A stretch of DNA of 64,000 nucleotides from an uncultured Christensenella sp. Its GTDB lineage: Bacteria > Bacillota > Clostridia > Christensenellales > UBA3700. The notes beneath the pieces were generated by a model. The model searched no databases, had not been told where the DNA came from, and saw nothing but the letters and a program-made list of their open reading frames with translations. The position numbers and the translations under genes are program-made. Each line of letters starts with the position of its first letter. Positions within the stretch are counted from its first letter, which is position 1. The stretch lies in assembly GCA_910578245.1 (NCBI GenBank), contig CAJTPC010000005.1, positions 2,850 through 66,849 on the forward strand. The letters run 5' to 3'. Shown one piece after another: positions 1 through 10,137 of this stretch.

Positions 1-284
1 CCTTGCTCCAAGTAAATTTCTTCATTTTCAATAATTATACTATTTAACTCGTAGCAACCGCTAAACGCGTTCTTATCTATTTGTCTTACGGATTTTGGAA
101 GAAAAATTTCTTCAAGATAAAATTGATCGGGAAAAGCGTATTCTTCAATCTTTATGACGCCGTCAGGAACTGCTAATCTTTTAGCGTCCTCAATCTTACA
201 CATAAATAATTCGCCCTCGTCAATATACCAATTTTCATCGTCTATAGACAAGAGTTTGTTTTTAATATATTCGTTTTCTTGCAT
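1..284 (-). CDS. Leucine-rich-repeat (BspA/LRR_5-type) protein, N-terminal part; the gene runs off the left edge of the window
   Basis: ATG at 284-282 preceded by an AGAGGT SD. The frame is open to position 1, so it is absent from the ORF track (no stop in window). My translation is MQENEYIKNKLLSIDDENWYIDEGELFMCKIEDAKRLAVPDGVIKIEEYAFPDQFYLEEIFLPKSVRQIDKNAFSGCYELNSIIIENEE, which shows the I.IP..V..I...AF..C..L..I repeat pattern. Confidence 0.55.
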   Translation of the reverse strand, partial: MQENEYIKNKLLSIDDENWYIDEGELFMCKIEDAKRLAVPDGVIKIEEYAFPDQFYLEEIFLPKSVRQIDKNAFSGCYELNSIIIENEEIYLEQ

Positions 285-346
285 ATTTACCTCTTTTAAT
301 ATACCTTTATTATATAAAACCGTACTTTAGTTGTCAATGCTAGCGA

Positions 347-375
347 CAAAAAAGGAGCAATCTTGCGACTGCTCC
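347..375 (-). terminator. Intrinsic terminator after pnp
   Basis: Minus-strand RNA GGAGCA-N10-UGCUCC followed by UUUUUUG, 20 nt after the pnp stop. Confidence 0.6.
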
Positions 376-395
376 TCACCTTGTCAAATAAGATT

Positions 396-2480
396 TTACT
401 TGATAACTTCCAAAAGTCTTAACGCAACGCCCTTGTCGTTGATGTCGATAACTTTTACTCTTACCTTATCTCCGATATTGACTACGTCCTCTACTTTTTC
501 TACTCTTTCTTTCTTGAGTTTGGAGATGTGTATCATTGCGTCTTTACCGGGAGCGATCTCAACGAATGCTCCGAAGTTCATTATTCTAACGACTCTGCCT
601 TCAAATTCCTCATCGATTTCCGGATCGTTGGCAATAAGTTCGATAGTCTTCTTTGCCTTAGCATTCATATCTTCGTCAATGCCGGATACAAGTACGTTGC
701 CGAAATCATCGATATCAATCTTAACGCCCGTATCATCGATAATCTTATTAATTACCTTACCGCCACTGCCGATAACGTCCTTAATCTTGTTGGGATCAAT
801 GCTGAAAGATACAATCTTTGGAGCATACTTAGAGAGCGACGCTTTTGGAGCAGGCAAAACTTCAAGCATCTTGTCGAGAATGAAAAGTCTGCCCTTTCTA
901 GCTTGAGCCAAAGCCTTACGTAATATCTCTTCGTTGATACCCTTAATCTTAATATCCATTTGAATAGCCGTGATACCGTCTACCGTACCTGCTACCTTGA
1001 AGTCCATATCGCCGAAGAAGTCCTCAAGACCTTGAATATCTGTCAAAACGGAAATCTTAGACTTGTCCTCATTGCTGATAAGTCCCATTGCTACGCCCGC
1101 AACCGGCTTCTTGATTGGAACGCCTGCGTCCATAAGAGCCAAAGTCGAACCGCAGACAGAAGCCTGTGAGGTAGAGCCGTTGGAAGAAATAACTTCGCTT
1201 ACCGTACGAATTGCATATGGGAATGACTCAACCGATGGAAGCATTGGCTCCAAAGCTCTCTCTGCCAAAGCTCCGTGTCCGATTTCTCTTCTGCCGGGAC
1301 TCTTCAACGGCTTTGCTTCGCCCGTGCTGTACGGTGGCATATTGTAGTGATGGATATATCTCTTGCATACTTCGTCGTCAAGGCCTTCGAGCTTTTGAAC
1401 TTCTGACAGACTACCGAGTGTACAAATCGTCATAACTTGCGTTTGTCCTCTGGTAAATACGCCGCTTCCGTGTACTCTTGGCAATACGCCGTGTTCGCAC
1501 CAAATCGGTCTGATTTCTTCAAGACTTCTTCCGTCAGGTCTGATACCCTTGTCCAAAATCTTTGCTCTAACCTTAGCTTTCTTCATAGCGTACAAGGTTT
1601 CGCCTATATCTTTCTTTCCGTCAGGGAATTGCTCTGCGAAGTGCGCGAATACGTCCTCGTCAAGAGCGTCTTCTGCCTTATCTCTGTCTTGTCTGTTAAA
1701 GTTGTCGAGTACAGCGTCCATTTTCTTATCGGCGTAAGCCTTGACAGCCTCTTCGATTTCTGTAGCCGGATGATAAAGATTAGGAACAATCTTCTCTTTA
1801 CCTATTTTAGCCTGTATATCTTCGATGAACGCTACAATCTTCTTGATTTCTTCGTGACCGAACAAAATCGCTCCGATCATTTCTTCTTCGGTAAGCTCAT
1901 TAGCGCCTGCCTCAACCATCAAAATAGCTTCTTTTGTTCCGCTCAAAGATAAGTGAAGTTTAGACTTCTCTCTTTGCTCTGTATTAGGATTTATAACGTA
2001 CTGTCCGTCTACGTATCCGACTATAACGGAACCTGTAGGTCCTGCAAAAGGAATATCGGAAATACTCAACGCAACGGAGCTACCTATCATAGCGTATACT
2101 TCCGGCGGAAGATCCGGATCTACGGATAGAGCCGTAGCTACTACTGCAACGTCGTTGAAAAATCCCTTTGGGAACAACGGACGAAGCGGTCTGTCAATAA
2201 GTCTTGACGTCAAGATAGCCTTATCGCTTGCTCTGCCCTCGCGTTTTTTGAAACCGCCCGGTATCTTACCTACGGAATACATCTTTTCTTCATAATCTAC
2301 TCCAAGTGGGAAAAAATCAATTCCGTCCCTAGGAGTTTTTGCCATTGTTACGTTGACCATAACGGCTGTTTCTCCACATCTTACGATACAACTGCCGTTG
2401 CTAAGACCGCAATAAGCGCCTGTCTCAACGCTGACTTCTCTACCGCCGATAGTGGTTGTAAAAATCTTTCTATTTATCAT
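396..2480 (-). CDS. pnp: Polyribonucleotide nucleotidyltransferase (PNPase)
   Basis: About 694 aa with two RNase PH domains plus C-terminal KH and S1 (FEGRVVRIMNFGAFVEI). I place the start at ATG 2480 (MINRKIF...) with GGAGG 8 nt upstream. The track start at 2495 is a TTG inside that SD. Confidence 0.95.
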   Translation of the reverse strand: MINRKIFTTTIGGREVSVETGAYCGLSNGSCIVRCGETAVMVNVTMAKTPRDGIDFFPLGVDYEEKMYSVGKIPGGFKKREGRASDKAILTSRLIDRPLRPLFPKGFFNDVAVVATALSVDPDLPPEVYAMIGSSVALSISDIPFAGPTGSVIVGYVDGQYVINPNTEQREKSKLHLSLSGTKEAILMVEAGANELTEEEMIGAILFGHEEIKKIVAFIEDIQAKIGKEKIVPNLYHPATEIEEAVKAYADKKMDAVLDNFNRQDRDKAEDALDEDVFAHFAEQFPDGKKDIGETLYAMKKAKVRAKILDKGIRPDGRSLEEIRPIWCEHGVLPRVHGSGVFTRGQTQVMTICTLGSLSEVQKLEGLDDEVCKRYIHHYNMPPYSTGEAKPLKSPGRREIGHGALAERALEPMLPSVESFPYAIRTVSEVISSNGSTSQASVCGSTLALMDAGVPIKKPVAGVAMGLISNEDKSKISVLTDIQGLEDFFGDMDFKVAGTVDGITAIQMDIKIKGINEEILRKALAQARKGRLFILDKMLEVLPAPKASLSKYAPKIVSFSIDPNKIKDVIGSGGKVINKIIDDTGVKIDIDDFGNVLVSGIDEDMNAKAKKTIELIANDPEIDEEFEGRVVRIMNFGAFVEIAPGKDAMIHISKLKKERVEKVEDVVNIGDKVRVKVIDINDKGVALRLLEVIK

Positions 2481-2532
2481 CAAACTAACCTCCAATAATT
2501 AGTAATTTAATCGAATTTAGTACTTCGCGCTT

Positions 2533-2561
2533 AAAAAAACGGGGTGTCAAACGACAGCCCC
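2533..2561 (-). terminator. Hairpin plus U-run between rpsO and pnp (terminator or processing hairpin)
   Basis: Minus RNA GGGGCUGUC-GUU-UGACACCCC followed by GUUUUUUU. An equivalent rpsO-pnp intergenic hairpin is known in other bacteria. Confidence 0.6.
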
Positions 2562-2568
2562 AATTTTT

Positions 2569-2847
2569 TTACTTTCTGATGCCAAGTTTTGCAATCAATT
2601 CACGGTAACGCTCGATGTCGGTATCCTTAAGATACTTCAACATGCTTCTTCTCTTACCTACCATCTGCAACAAACCTCTTCTTGAGTGGAAGTCATTCTT
2701 GTGCTCTGCAAAGTGGTCGTTGAGTTGAAGAATTCTTTGCGTCAAAAGCGCAATTTGAACTTCCGGAGAACCTGTGTCCCCTTCGTGCTTTGCAAAAGCA
2801 TTGATAACTTCTTGCTTGGTCATTTCCTTTACGTTGATTACTTCCAT
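2569..2847 (-). CDS. rpsO: 30S ribosomal protein S15
   Basis: Contains [16 protein letters not shown]...[14 protein letters not shown]...[18 protein letters not shown] lies 7 nt upstream of the ATG. Confidence 0.95.
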   Translation of the reverse strand: MEVINVKEMTKQEVINAFAKHEGDTGSPEVQIALLTQRILQLNDHFAEHKNDFHSRRGLLQMVGKRRSMLKYLKDTDIERYRELIAKLGIRK

Positions 2848-2956
2848 TTTTTTGCCTCCTTTCTGTGGAATAATAATTTAGCGATAGCCAAGTAGTACAT
2901 CGGAGTCGTTGCAAAACCTAGCCACGTTATTTCACCGTATTTTGAAATACAACATT

Positions 2957-2985
2957 ATCTTATCACAATAATTTCCAATTAGCAA
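2957..2985 (-). promoter_or_regulatory. Candidate sigma-A promoter of rpsO
   Basis: Minus strand TTGCTA, 17 nt spacer, TAAGAT with a TG extension (TGATAAGAT). It is followed by a roughly 100-nt leader that can form a GU-rich helix (GGCUAGGU/ACUUGGCU). Confidence 0.35.
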
Positions 2986-3051
2986 GCATTTTTTTGCATT
3001 ATATAAAATATAATTTATTATGCATTGTCTAAATTTGTCGATTTATGTCGA

Positions 3052-4482
3052 TTAAGAGAAAAACTTTTCCTTATCCTCTAGCATCTTATCCCGTCTTTGC
3101 AAATATACGTCCAAGCCCTTTGGATTTGCCAGTCGCTCTAATCTGTCGCCGTCGAATATACGCTTGGATATTCCGCCTGCGCCGTTGGCTATGATACTAG
3201 ATACTTCTTCCATAATGTGAATATTATAGATACACGCCTTATTCTTTTTGCAATAACCGACGTTCTCAAGATTACCGCTCATATATTTTTGTTTATACAT
3301 ATAATAAGGCAGATATCCGCTGTTTTCAACGGCAGACCTTGCATAATCGACCATAGAATTTGCTAAATCAAAAGAAGAATTGTCATATCCGCCTACTTTA
3401 AGAGCAGATCCCTTTTTCAAAGCAAGCGTATGTACGGTTATATTCTCAGGGTCGAGAGCAATCGCGCAATCGACGGAGTGTCGAAAATCTTCAAAATTCT
3501 CATTCGGCAACATCGCAATCAAATCCATATTTATATCAAAATCATACCCTCTAGCCATTTTATAGACGGCGTATATCTCGTCTATCGTATGACTTCTGCC
3601 TATCAAATCAAGCGTCTTTTGATTGAAAGTCTGCGGATTTACGGAAATTCTCGTAACCCCATACTTACTCATTATATCCAACTTGGATTTAGTTATTGTA
3701 TCGGGTCTACCCGCTTCAACTGTATATTCATTGCAATCGAATTTGCTTTCTCTAATAATTCTCTCAAAATTAATATCGTCAAGCGACGTCGGAGTACCGC
3801 CGCCTATATATACCGATGATACCTTCAATCCCATTTTGTCTATAATCTTCTTAGTACATCTCAACTCGTCAATAAGTATATCGCAATACGGAGTGACAAA
3901 TTGCTTTATTCTCTTAAGCTCCGCCGAAATAAACGAGCAGTAACTACATCTAGATACGCATATGGGTATATTGACAAATACGTCTACTTCATCTGCTTTA
4001 ACGAAGTAAGAATCCGCTTGATTGTTGCAGATATTCCTAATCAAGTCTACTTTGCCTTGCGATACTTTCAACTTATTCAAAAAGTAATCGTCAGCGTCCA
4101 CACCTTTACTTAACGTTTCGTGATAGAGCTTTGTCGGGCGTATTCCCGTCAAAGAACCGTACGGCAGAGTTCGAGCGGTCAAATCTGTTAAGAATTCGTA
4201 CAACATAGCTTTGCTGTGGCGCTTGATTTGCGCGTTGCGTTTTATCTCATAATATTGACTGTCTTTATCTACGAGAAAAAAATTATCAAGAGAAAATCTT
4301 CTAAAGACTTTTGAATTATTGCACTTTATCAAACAATCAAAGATATTTTCTTCTATTTCTTTCAATTCCAGCGATAACAGTTCACCATCATCGTCAAGAA
4401 TAATATGCGGATAAAATGCTCGCAAAATATCTTTATAGTCATTGTCAAAATCTTGCGCGTTGCAACTAAAATTTATCTTCAT
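3052..4482 (-). CDS. HemZ-like radical SAM protein (coproporphyrinogen dehydrogenase family)
   Basis: 476 aa with radical-SAM CVSRCSYCSF (CxxxCxxC), GGGTPT, and a HemN-like C-terminal region. Confidence 0.75.
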   Translation of the reverse strand: MKINFSCNAQDFDNDYKDILRAFYPHIILDDDGELLSLELKEIEENIFDCLIKCNNSKVFRRFSLDNFFLVDKDSQYYEIKRNAQIKRHSKAMLYEFLTDLTARTLPYGSLTGIRPTKLYHETLSKGVDADDYFLNKLKVSQGKVDLIRNICNNQADSYFVKADEVDVFVNIPICVSRCSYCSFISAELKRIKQFVTPYCDILIDELRCTKKIIDKMGLKVSSVYIGGGTPTSLDDINFERIIRESKFDCNEYTVEAGRPDTITKSKLDIMSKYGVTRISVNPQTFNQKTLDLIGRSHTIDEIYAVYKMARGYDFDINMDLIAMLPNENFEDFRHSVDCAIALDPENITVHTLALKKGSALKVGGYDNSSFDLANSMVDYARSAVENSGYLPYYMYKQKYMSGNLENVGYCKKNKACIYNIHIMEEVSSIIANGAGGISKRIFDGDRLERLANPKGLDVYLQRRDKMLEDKEKFFS

Positions 4483-4489
4483 CTATGCC

Positions 4490-5089
4490 CTACATTATCT
4501 CGTTGCGCGCTCGCTCATAAGCAAGCGTGGTACTTGGACCGTGTCCGCACAGCAAGACATAATCTCCTTGTAAATCAAAAATCTTTTGAATTGAATTTTG
4601 AAGAGCGGTAAAATCCCCACCTCTCAAATCGCATCTTCCATAACCGTCTTTGAAAATCGTATCACCGCAAAAAATTACTCCATCACATACGTAACATACT
4701 CCGCCCAAAGAATGGCCGGGAGTATGTACAACCTTAATTTTCTCATTGCATAGCGTAATCTCGTCACCGTCGTCTACTATTTCGTCCACATCAAAGCGTG
4801 GAAACTTTCTACCGAAATCAAGCGGATTATCAATAAAATCAATATCCATTTTGTGCATAAAGACTTTTGCTCCATATCTCTCTTTTAGACGCGCTACCCC
4901 GCCTATGTGGTCAAAATGTCCGTGGGTGAGTAATATCCCTTCAAGTTGGATATTATTTCCGTCAATATAGTCCGTCAACTTATTGCTCTCAGTTGACGGA
5001 TCTACTATAAAACAAGTCTTTTCTTCTTGATTTTCAACAATATAAGTATTATTTCTAAGCAATCCTAAAACAAAAGTAGTGATTTTCAT
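4490..5089 (-). CDS. MBL-fold metallo-hydrolase (glyoxalase II-like)
   Basis: Has the THGHFDHIGG (HxHxDH) motif and a downstream HTPGHSLGG. Confidence 0.85.
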   Translation of the reverse strand: MKITTFVLGLLRNNTYIVENQEEKTCFIVDPSTESNKLTDYIDGNNIQLEGILLTHGHFDHIGGVARLKERYGAKVFMHKMDIDFIDNPLDFGRKFPRFDVDEIVDDGDEITLCNEKIKVVHTPGHSLGGVCYVCDGVIFCGDTIFKDGYGRCDLRGGDFTALQNSIQKIFDLQGDYVLLCGHGPSTTLAYERARNEIM

Positions 5090-5095
5090 TCTTCT

Positions 5096-5533
5096 CTATT
5101 TCTCCAAAATCATTGTAATAGGTCCATCGTTTGACATATCAATGTGCATATGTTCGCCAAAGACCCCCGTAGCAATCTTGCCCAATCGCCTCTTAAATTC
5201 TTCAACGGTGAAATCATACAAAGGCTTTGCTATATCATATTTCGCCGATTTAGAAAAGTCGGGACGACGACCGCTAAAAGCATTGCCGTAAAGTGTAAAA
5301 TTTGACACTACCATTACTTCTCCGCCTGTATCAAGCAAAGTTTTGTTGAGCTTGTTATTCTCATCTTTGAATATTCTCATACCTATTACTCTATCTACGA
5401 GATACTTGCAGGTTTCGATAGTATCTCCTTCTGTATATCCAACAAGTACTAGGTATCCTTCTTTAATTTGCGATATTTCTTCGTTATTTACCGTCAATCT
5501 TGCGTGATTGACCCGTTGAACTATTACTCTCAT
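5096..5533 (-). CDS. dtd: D-aminoacyl-tRNA deacylase
   Basis: Starts MRVIVQRV, contains SNFTLYG and GPITMILE, 145 aa. It overlaps the relA stop by 4 nt. Confidence 0.93.
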   Translation of the reverse strand: MRVIVQRVNHARLTVNNEEISQIKEGYLVLVGYTEGDTIETCKYLVDRVIGMRIFKDENNKLNKTLLDTGGEVMVVSNFTLYGNAFSGRRPDFSKSAKYDIAKPLYDFTVEEFKRRLGKIATGVFGEHMHIDMSNDGPITMILEK

Positions 5534-7707
5534 TGGTTCTTTACGCTTTTAGAAGCCCTTTTAATTTCTCTTATTCCCTTAATTGACTGAGTTATCTTAT
5601 CCATTAATATTCTAAGCATATTGGCGTTCTTAACTTCTACGGATACCTTCACCGTTGCGAGATTATTCTTTTCCGACTTTGCAGAAATACTAGTCATTGC
5701 TACTTTCATATTGGTAATAAGCGTAGCAATTTCAACTACAAGTCCGGTTCTGTCAAATGCAGATATTACAAGGTTGGCAACAAACTTCTCATCGTCAGAA
5801 ATAGACCACTGCGTTTCGATTATTCTTTCCGGCTCGAATCCCTTACAGTTTGGACAGTCGGCTCTGTGAATTGCTACTCCGCCGTTGCGAGTTATATATC
5901 CCAAGATCTCATCGCCCGGAAGCGGTGAGCAACATTGCGAGAACCTATACTTCAAACCGTGCTGACCTTTAATCACCACACCGCCGTTTTGTTTACGCGC
6001 CGTTGACTTTTTAGTCATTTGCTTCAAGGTATCACTTTCATGAACATGCTCTGACTTATAAAGCTCGACCATCTTATTTATTACTTGCAAAGAAGTTAGT
6101 TCTCCGTATCCGACAAGCGCAAGAACTTCTTCTTGAGTATTTAAGCCGTACTTTTGACGTATAAACTTATTCCAACTCTCACTAGCAAGCAAATCATTAA
6201 GCGCATACCCTCTGTGCTTTGCTTCTTTTTCCAAGATCTCACGCCCGCGCTTTTCGTTTTCTTCTCTCATTTCTTTTTTGAAGAATGAGCGAATTTTACT
6301 TTTTGCGCTTGGCGTAATGACGAATTTTAGCCAATCTCTAGACGGTCCTTTTGACGTATTTGAAGTAATTACTTCTACTACGTCGCCGTTGTTGAGCTTG
6401 GTACTCACAGGCATAATACGGGAATTTACTTTGATACCGGTACATTTCTCTCCGACTTTACTGTGAATAGCAAAGGCAAAGTCTACGCCCGTTGAGCCGT
6501 TGGGCAAATTGAATACGTCGCCCTTAGGCGTAAATACGAATACTTGGTCGGAATACAAATCTACTTTGAGCATATCGAGATACTCTTGAGAATCGCTTGC
6601 CTCGTCTTGAAGTTGCATTACATTGCGTATCCACGCAAGCTTGTCGTCTTCTATCTTTGTAGTATCAATATTAGTACCTTGCTTATACTTCCAGTGCGCC
6701 GCAATACCGTATTCCGCAATCTTATGCATTTCAAAAGTTCGAATTTGAATTTCAAAAGGCGCGCCGTACGATGTCAACACAGTAGTATGCAACGATTGAT
6801 ACAAATTGGCTTTTGGCACGGAAATATAGTCTTTGAATCTACCCGGTAGCGGTTTCCACTTGGTATGTATTGCGCCAAGTACAGCGTAACAATCTTTTAC
6901 GTTGTCAACTATTACTCGAAGGGCTATCAAATCGTATATCTGCTCAAATGGTTTTCCCTTATTAAGTTTTCTATATATACTATAAAAATGCTTAGGTCTG
7001 CCGTTTACTTCGCCTTTTATCCCCAATTCGTCAAGCATTTCGTGCAATTCACCGGAGATATGATTGACAAGTTCTTGCCTCTCAATTTTTGTTTGAGCAA
7101 CTTTTTCTGCAATAAAATAATAGCTGTCGGGATAAAGATATCTCAAACATAGGTCTTCAAGTTCGCCTTTTACGCTGGATATACCAAGACGCGCTGCAAT
7201 GGGAGCGTATATATCCAATGTCTCTTGCGCAATTCTCTTTTGTCCTTCCTCGTCCTTAAAAGACAAAGTTCGCATATTGTGCAATCTATCGGCAAGTTTG
7301 ATAATGATAACCCTAATATCATTGCTCATTGCCATAAACATACGGCGCAAGTTTTCCGCTTGCTCCTCAAGTTTTGACTTAAAATTAAGTTTACCAAGTT
7401 TTGTTACGCCCTGAACAAGCGAAAGCACTACTTGTCCAAACATTTGGCTTATATCGTCCGCCGTATATTCCGTATCTTCTATTACGTCATGCAGAAGCGC
7501 GGCAACTACGGTGTCGCAATCAAGTCCCAAATCAATAAGAATCTCCGCAACCGCGTTGGGATGTATAAAATAATCTTCGCCCGATTGTCTTTTTTGTCCT
7601 GCGTGCGCAGTCTTGGCGAAATAATACGCCTTGATTATCTTCTCAGCGTGCGTATCGTTGTAATTCTCTTGAACCTTGTTGATAAATTTAATTTTTTGTT
7701 CTTCCAC
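5530..7707 (-). CDS. relA: Bifunctional (p)ppGpp synthetase/hydrolase RelA/SpoT
   Basis: 725 aa with an HD hydrolase domain (LLHDVIEDT), a RelA_SpoT synthetase domain, and TGS and C-terminal ACT regions. Confidence 0.95.
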   Translation of the reverse strand: MEEQKIKFINKVQENYNDTHAEKIIKAYYFAKTAHAGQKRQSGEDYFIHPNAVAEILIDLGLDCDTVVAALLHDVIEDTEYTADDISQMFGQVVLSLVQGVTKLGKLNFKSKLEEQAENLRRMFMAMSNDIRVIIIKLADRLHNMRTLSFKDEEGQKRIAQETLDIYAPIAARLGISSVKGELEDLCLRYLYPDSYYFIAEKVAQTKIERQELVNHISGELHEMLDELGIKGEVNGRPKHFYSIYRKLNKGKPFEQIYDLIALRVIVDNVKDCYAVLGAIHTKWKPLPGRFKDYISVPKANLYQSLHTTVLTSYGAPFEIQIRTFEMHKIAEYGIAAHWKYKQGTNIDTTKIEDDKLAWIRNVMQLQDEASDSQEYLDMLKVDLYSDQVFVFTPKGDVFNLPNGSTGVDFAFAIHSKVGEKCTGIKVNSRIMPVSTKLNNGDVVEVITSNTSKGPSRDWLKFVITPSAKSKIRSFFKKEMREENEKRGREILEKEAKHRGYALNDLLASESWNKFIRQKYGLNTQEEVLALVGYGELTSLQVINKMVELYKSEHVHESDTLKQMTKKSTARKQNGGVVIKGQHGLKYRFSQCCSPLPGDEILGYITRNGGVAIHRADCPNCKGFEPERIIETQWSISDDEKFVANLVISAFDRTGLVVEIATLITNMKVAMTSISAKSEKNNLATVKVSVEVKNANMLRILMDKITQSIKGIREIKRASKSVKNQ

Positions 7708-7790
7708 TTACGTCCTCTGAAAAACTTTTATACTTATATTATATAATACACTGCAATTCCTGTCAATACGATAAATCATTTCAAATATTC

Positions 7791-10079
7791 TTAAGCCTCT
7801 TGTATCATGCGATATAATTCACTCTCTGCAAGTTTTCTTTTTACGGTATGGTCTACGTAAAACTTACCGCTCATATTCAAAATACCCAATTCAGCCAATA
7901 TTACGGCAGATAGTACGACCTCGTTATATTCCGCGTTAACGTACTTACCAAGGGCGCTATATAACTCAGATATTCCTGTAATATCCTTTTCTGAAAGCAA
8001 CCTTTTAATTGCCAAGAATAACTCTCCCAAGCGTTGATAAGACGGTAAAAATTTTTTAACTTTGTTGAGTATTCTATTATCGCCGAGTTGATACAAATTG
8101 CTAGACTTCGCAAGCGTCTTTATAAATATACCGCTATTCAAAGGTCTATCCAACAGGACGATGTTTTTGTAATAACCCAACTCCTTTAAGGACGTCGGAC
8201 TAAATATCAATTTTGTTACCGGCGTCAAATTCCCGCTTACTCTGTTTTGCGTGACAATCTCACCGCATTTTGCCTTATACTTTGCCAAAAAGCTATGATA
8301 CGTATCTATATCGTAAGCGATATAACACGTTGAGAATTTTCCTCCGATATCTATAGCTTTTTCGCAATCTATAATCTCGATATCTCTCCCGTCAGCCACT
8401 AATCCCGTCATGATGTACGCGCCGAAATCTCCTTGCGCGTCAACTTGATCGCACAAAATCCTATTCACCTTTCCTTGGGCAAATACTCTGTTCTTATAAT
8501 TAGCAAGCGACAACGTAAAAAACAATTCTTTAGGAGTTTTGCTTGCTAGTAATTGCATATACTTTAATCCGCCAAAAACAACAAGTTCTTTATCAGGTTT
8601 TTTGCTGACAACGTGCGAAGTGCTTCCCATTTGTGTAAAGTCGCTATCTGTGACTACTTCCCTAAATCTTATTCCGGTATTTCCCTCGCCAAACGGCTCA
8701 AGCATCTTGAGACCTCTTGCCATATCCAAAGCGCTGTCAACTTCTGTCATATCCACATCAAAATGCGCTTTTGGAATAAAATACTCCATATCAAAGTCTT
8801 TAGCTACGTATCCGTTGAGCCTATCTGCAAATACCTGTACGTTTTTACTATCCAAAGTCATTCCGCACGCCATAGTATGACCGCCAAATTTGATAAGTAA
8901 ATCACTACACATCGCCACATATTTTCTTATATCTACGCCTTTCACGCTTCGTCCGCTACCTTTATATACATCTCCGCTCTTTGTCAATAATATTGTAGGT
9001 CTTTTGAACGTATCGGTAATTCGAGAAGCCACAATACCCAAAATTCCGTCATCCCAATAGGCATTGTGTAAGACTATCACAGGCTTGTTCTCAAAGTCGT
9101 AGTTTTTGAGAATATCAAAACATGCCTCTGCAAGGTCGTTAGTGAGCTCCATTCTTTTAGAGTTGGCTTCGTTGAGTTGTTTGACTATACTGTCAAGCAA
9201 AAAATTGTCGTCTGTACAGAATAAGTCTAACACAGCATTAGCATCGCTCAATCTTCCAAGAGAATTTATTCTCGGAGCAATCTTAAATGCAATATCGTAA
9301 GACGTTACTTCTCCCTCAACGCATGCGCTGACAAGTTTTTTAATTCCTCGTCTTGCGCCAAATGAATTAATATTTTTTAGTCCTGCTTGTACGATAACTC
9401 TGTTGTCTTCAACGAGTGGTACCACGTCGGCAACTGTGGCTATCGAAGCTATATCAAGATATTTATCTCTCTCCTGCGCTCCGCCAAGACCTTCGACTAT
9501 TCTAAGAGCGACTCCCGCTCCGCAGAGTTCCCTAAAACAATCGACTTCCGACATCTTTGGATTAAAAATTAGGCAGTCTGGCAAAACTTCTCCTAGTTCA
9601 TGGTGATCAGTAACTATTACGTCAAACCCAAGTACTTCTCTAGCGTACGCCACTTCCTCTACGCCTGTAATTCCGCAATCTACGGTGATAAGCAAATCGC
9701 TTAAATACTCTTCCGCAAGTCTTTCCAAAGTTTCTATAGAAAGCCCGTATCCGTCCGTATGTCTATTGGGTAAAAAACAATGAACGTCTACTCCGACAGA
9801 CTTAAAGTAATTGTACAAAATACTAACTCCGCACACGCCGTCGCAATCGTAGTCGCCATACAAAAGGATGCTTTCTTTGTTATTTATAGCAAATTTAATT
9901 CGCTCTATTACGTCATCGTAGCCTGCGTATTTATGTACGTCGGTCAAATCATCAAGACTGGGATATAAAAATCTATAAAGTTTATCCTTATTGTCATAGC
10001 CTCTTGCAGTAAGTATCTCAATAAGTTTCTTGTCGATAGAAAACTCTTTTGCAAGTTCTATGAACTCTCTTTGTTCCAT
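7791..10079 (-). CDS. recJ: Single-stranded-DNA-specific exonuclease RecJ
   Basis: 762 aa with DHH-family motifs YGDYDCDGV and VTDHHE, plus a DHHA1 region (GGHTMACG). Confidence 0.92.
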   Translation of the reverse strand: MEQREFIELAKEFSIDKKLIEILTARGYDNKDKLYRFLYPSLDDLTDVHKYAGYDDVIERIKFAINNKESILLYGDYDCDGVCGVSILYNYFKSVGVDVHCFLPNRHTDGYGLSIETLERLAEEYLSDLLITVDCGITGVEEVAYAREVLGFDVIVTDHHELGEVLPDCLIFNPKMSEVDCFRELCGAGVALRIVEGLGGAQERDKYLDIASIATVADVVPLVEDNRVIVQAGLKNINSFGARRGIKKLVSACVEGEVTSYDIAFKIAPRINSLGRLSDANAVLDLFCTDDNFLLDSIVKQLNEANSKRMELTNDLAEACFDILKNYDFENKPVIVLHNAYWDDGILGIVASRITDTFKRPTILLTKSGDVYKGSGRSVKGVDIRKYVAMCSDLLIKFGGHTMACGMTLDSKNVQVFADRLNGYVAKDFDMEYFIPKAHFDVDMTEVDSALDMARGLKMLEPFGEGNTGIRFREVVTDSDFTQMGSTSHVVSKKPDKELVVFGGLKYMQLLASKTPKELFFTLSLANYKNRVFAQGKVNRILCDQVDAQGDFGAYIMTGLVADGRDIEIIDCEKAIDIGGKFSTCYIAYDIDTYHSFLAKYKAKCGEIVTQNRVSGNLTPVTKLIFSPTSLKELGYYKNIVLLDRPLNSGIFIKTLAKSSNLYQLGDNRILNKVKKFLPSYQRLGELFLAIKRLLSEKDITGISELYSALGKYVNAEYNEVVLSAVILAELGILNMSGKFYVDHTVKRKLAESELYRMIQEA

Positions 10080-10137
10080 AATTCCTCACTATATCTACAA
10101 TAAAAATGAGAGCGTATTTTATACGCTCTCAGTAATC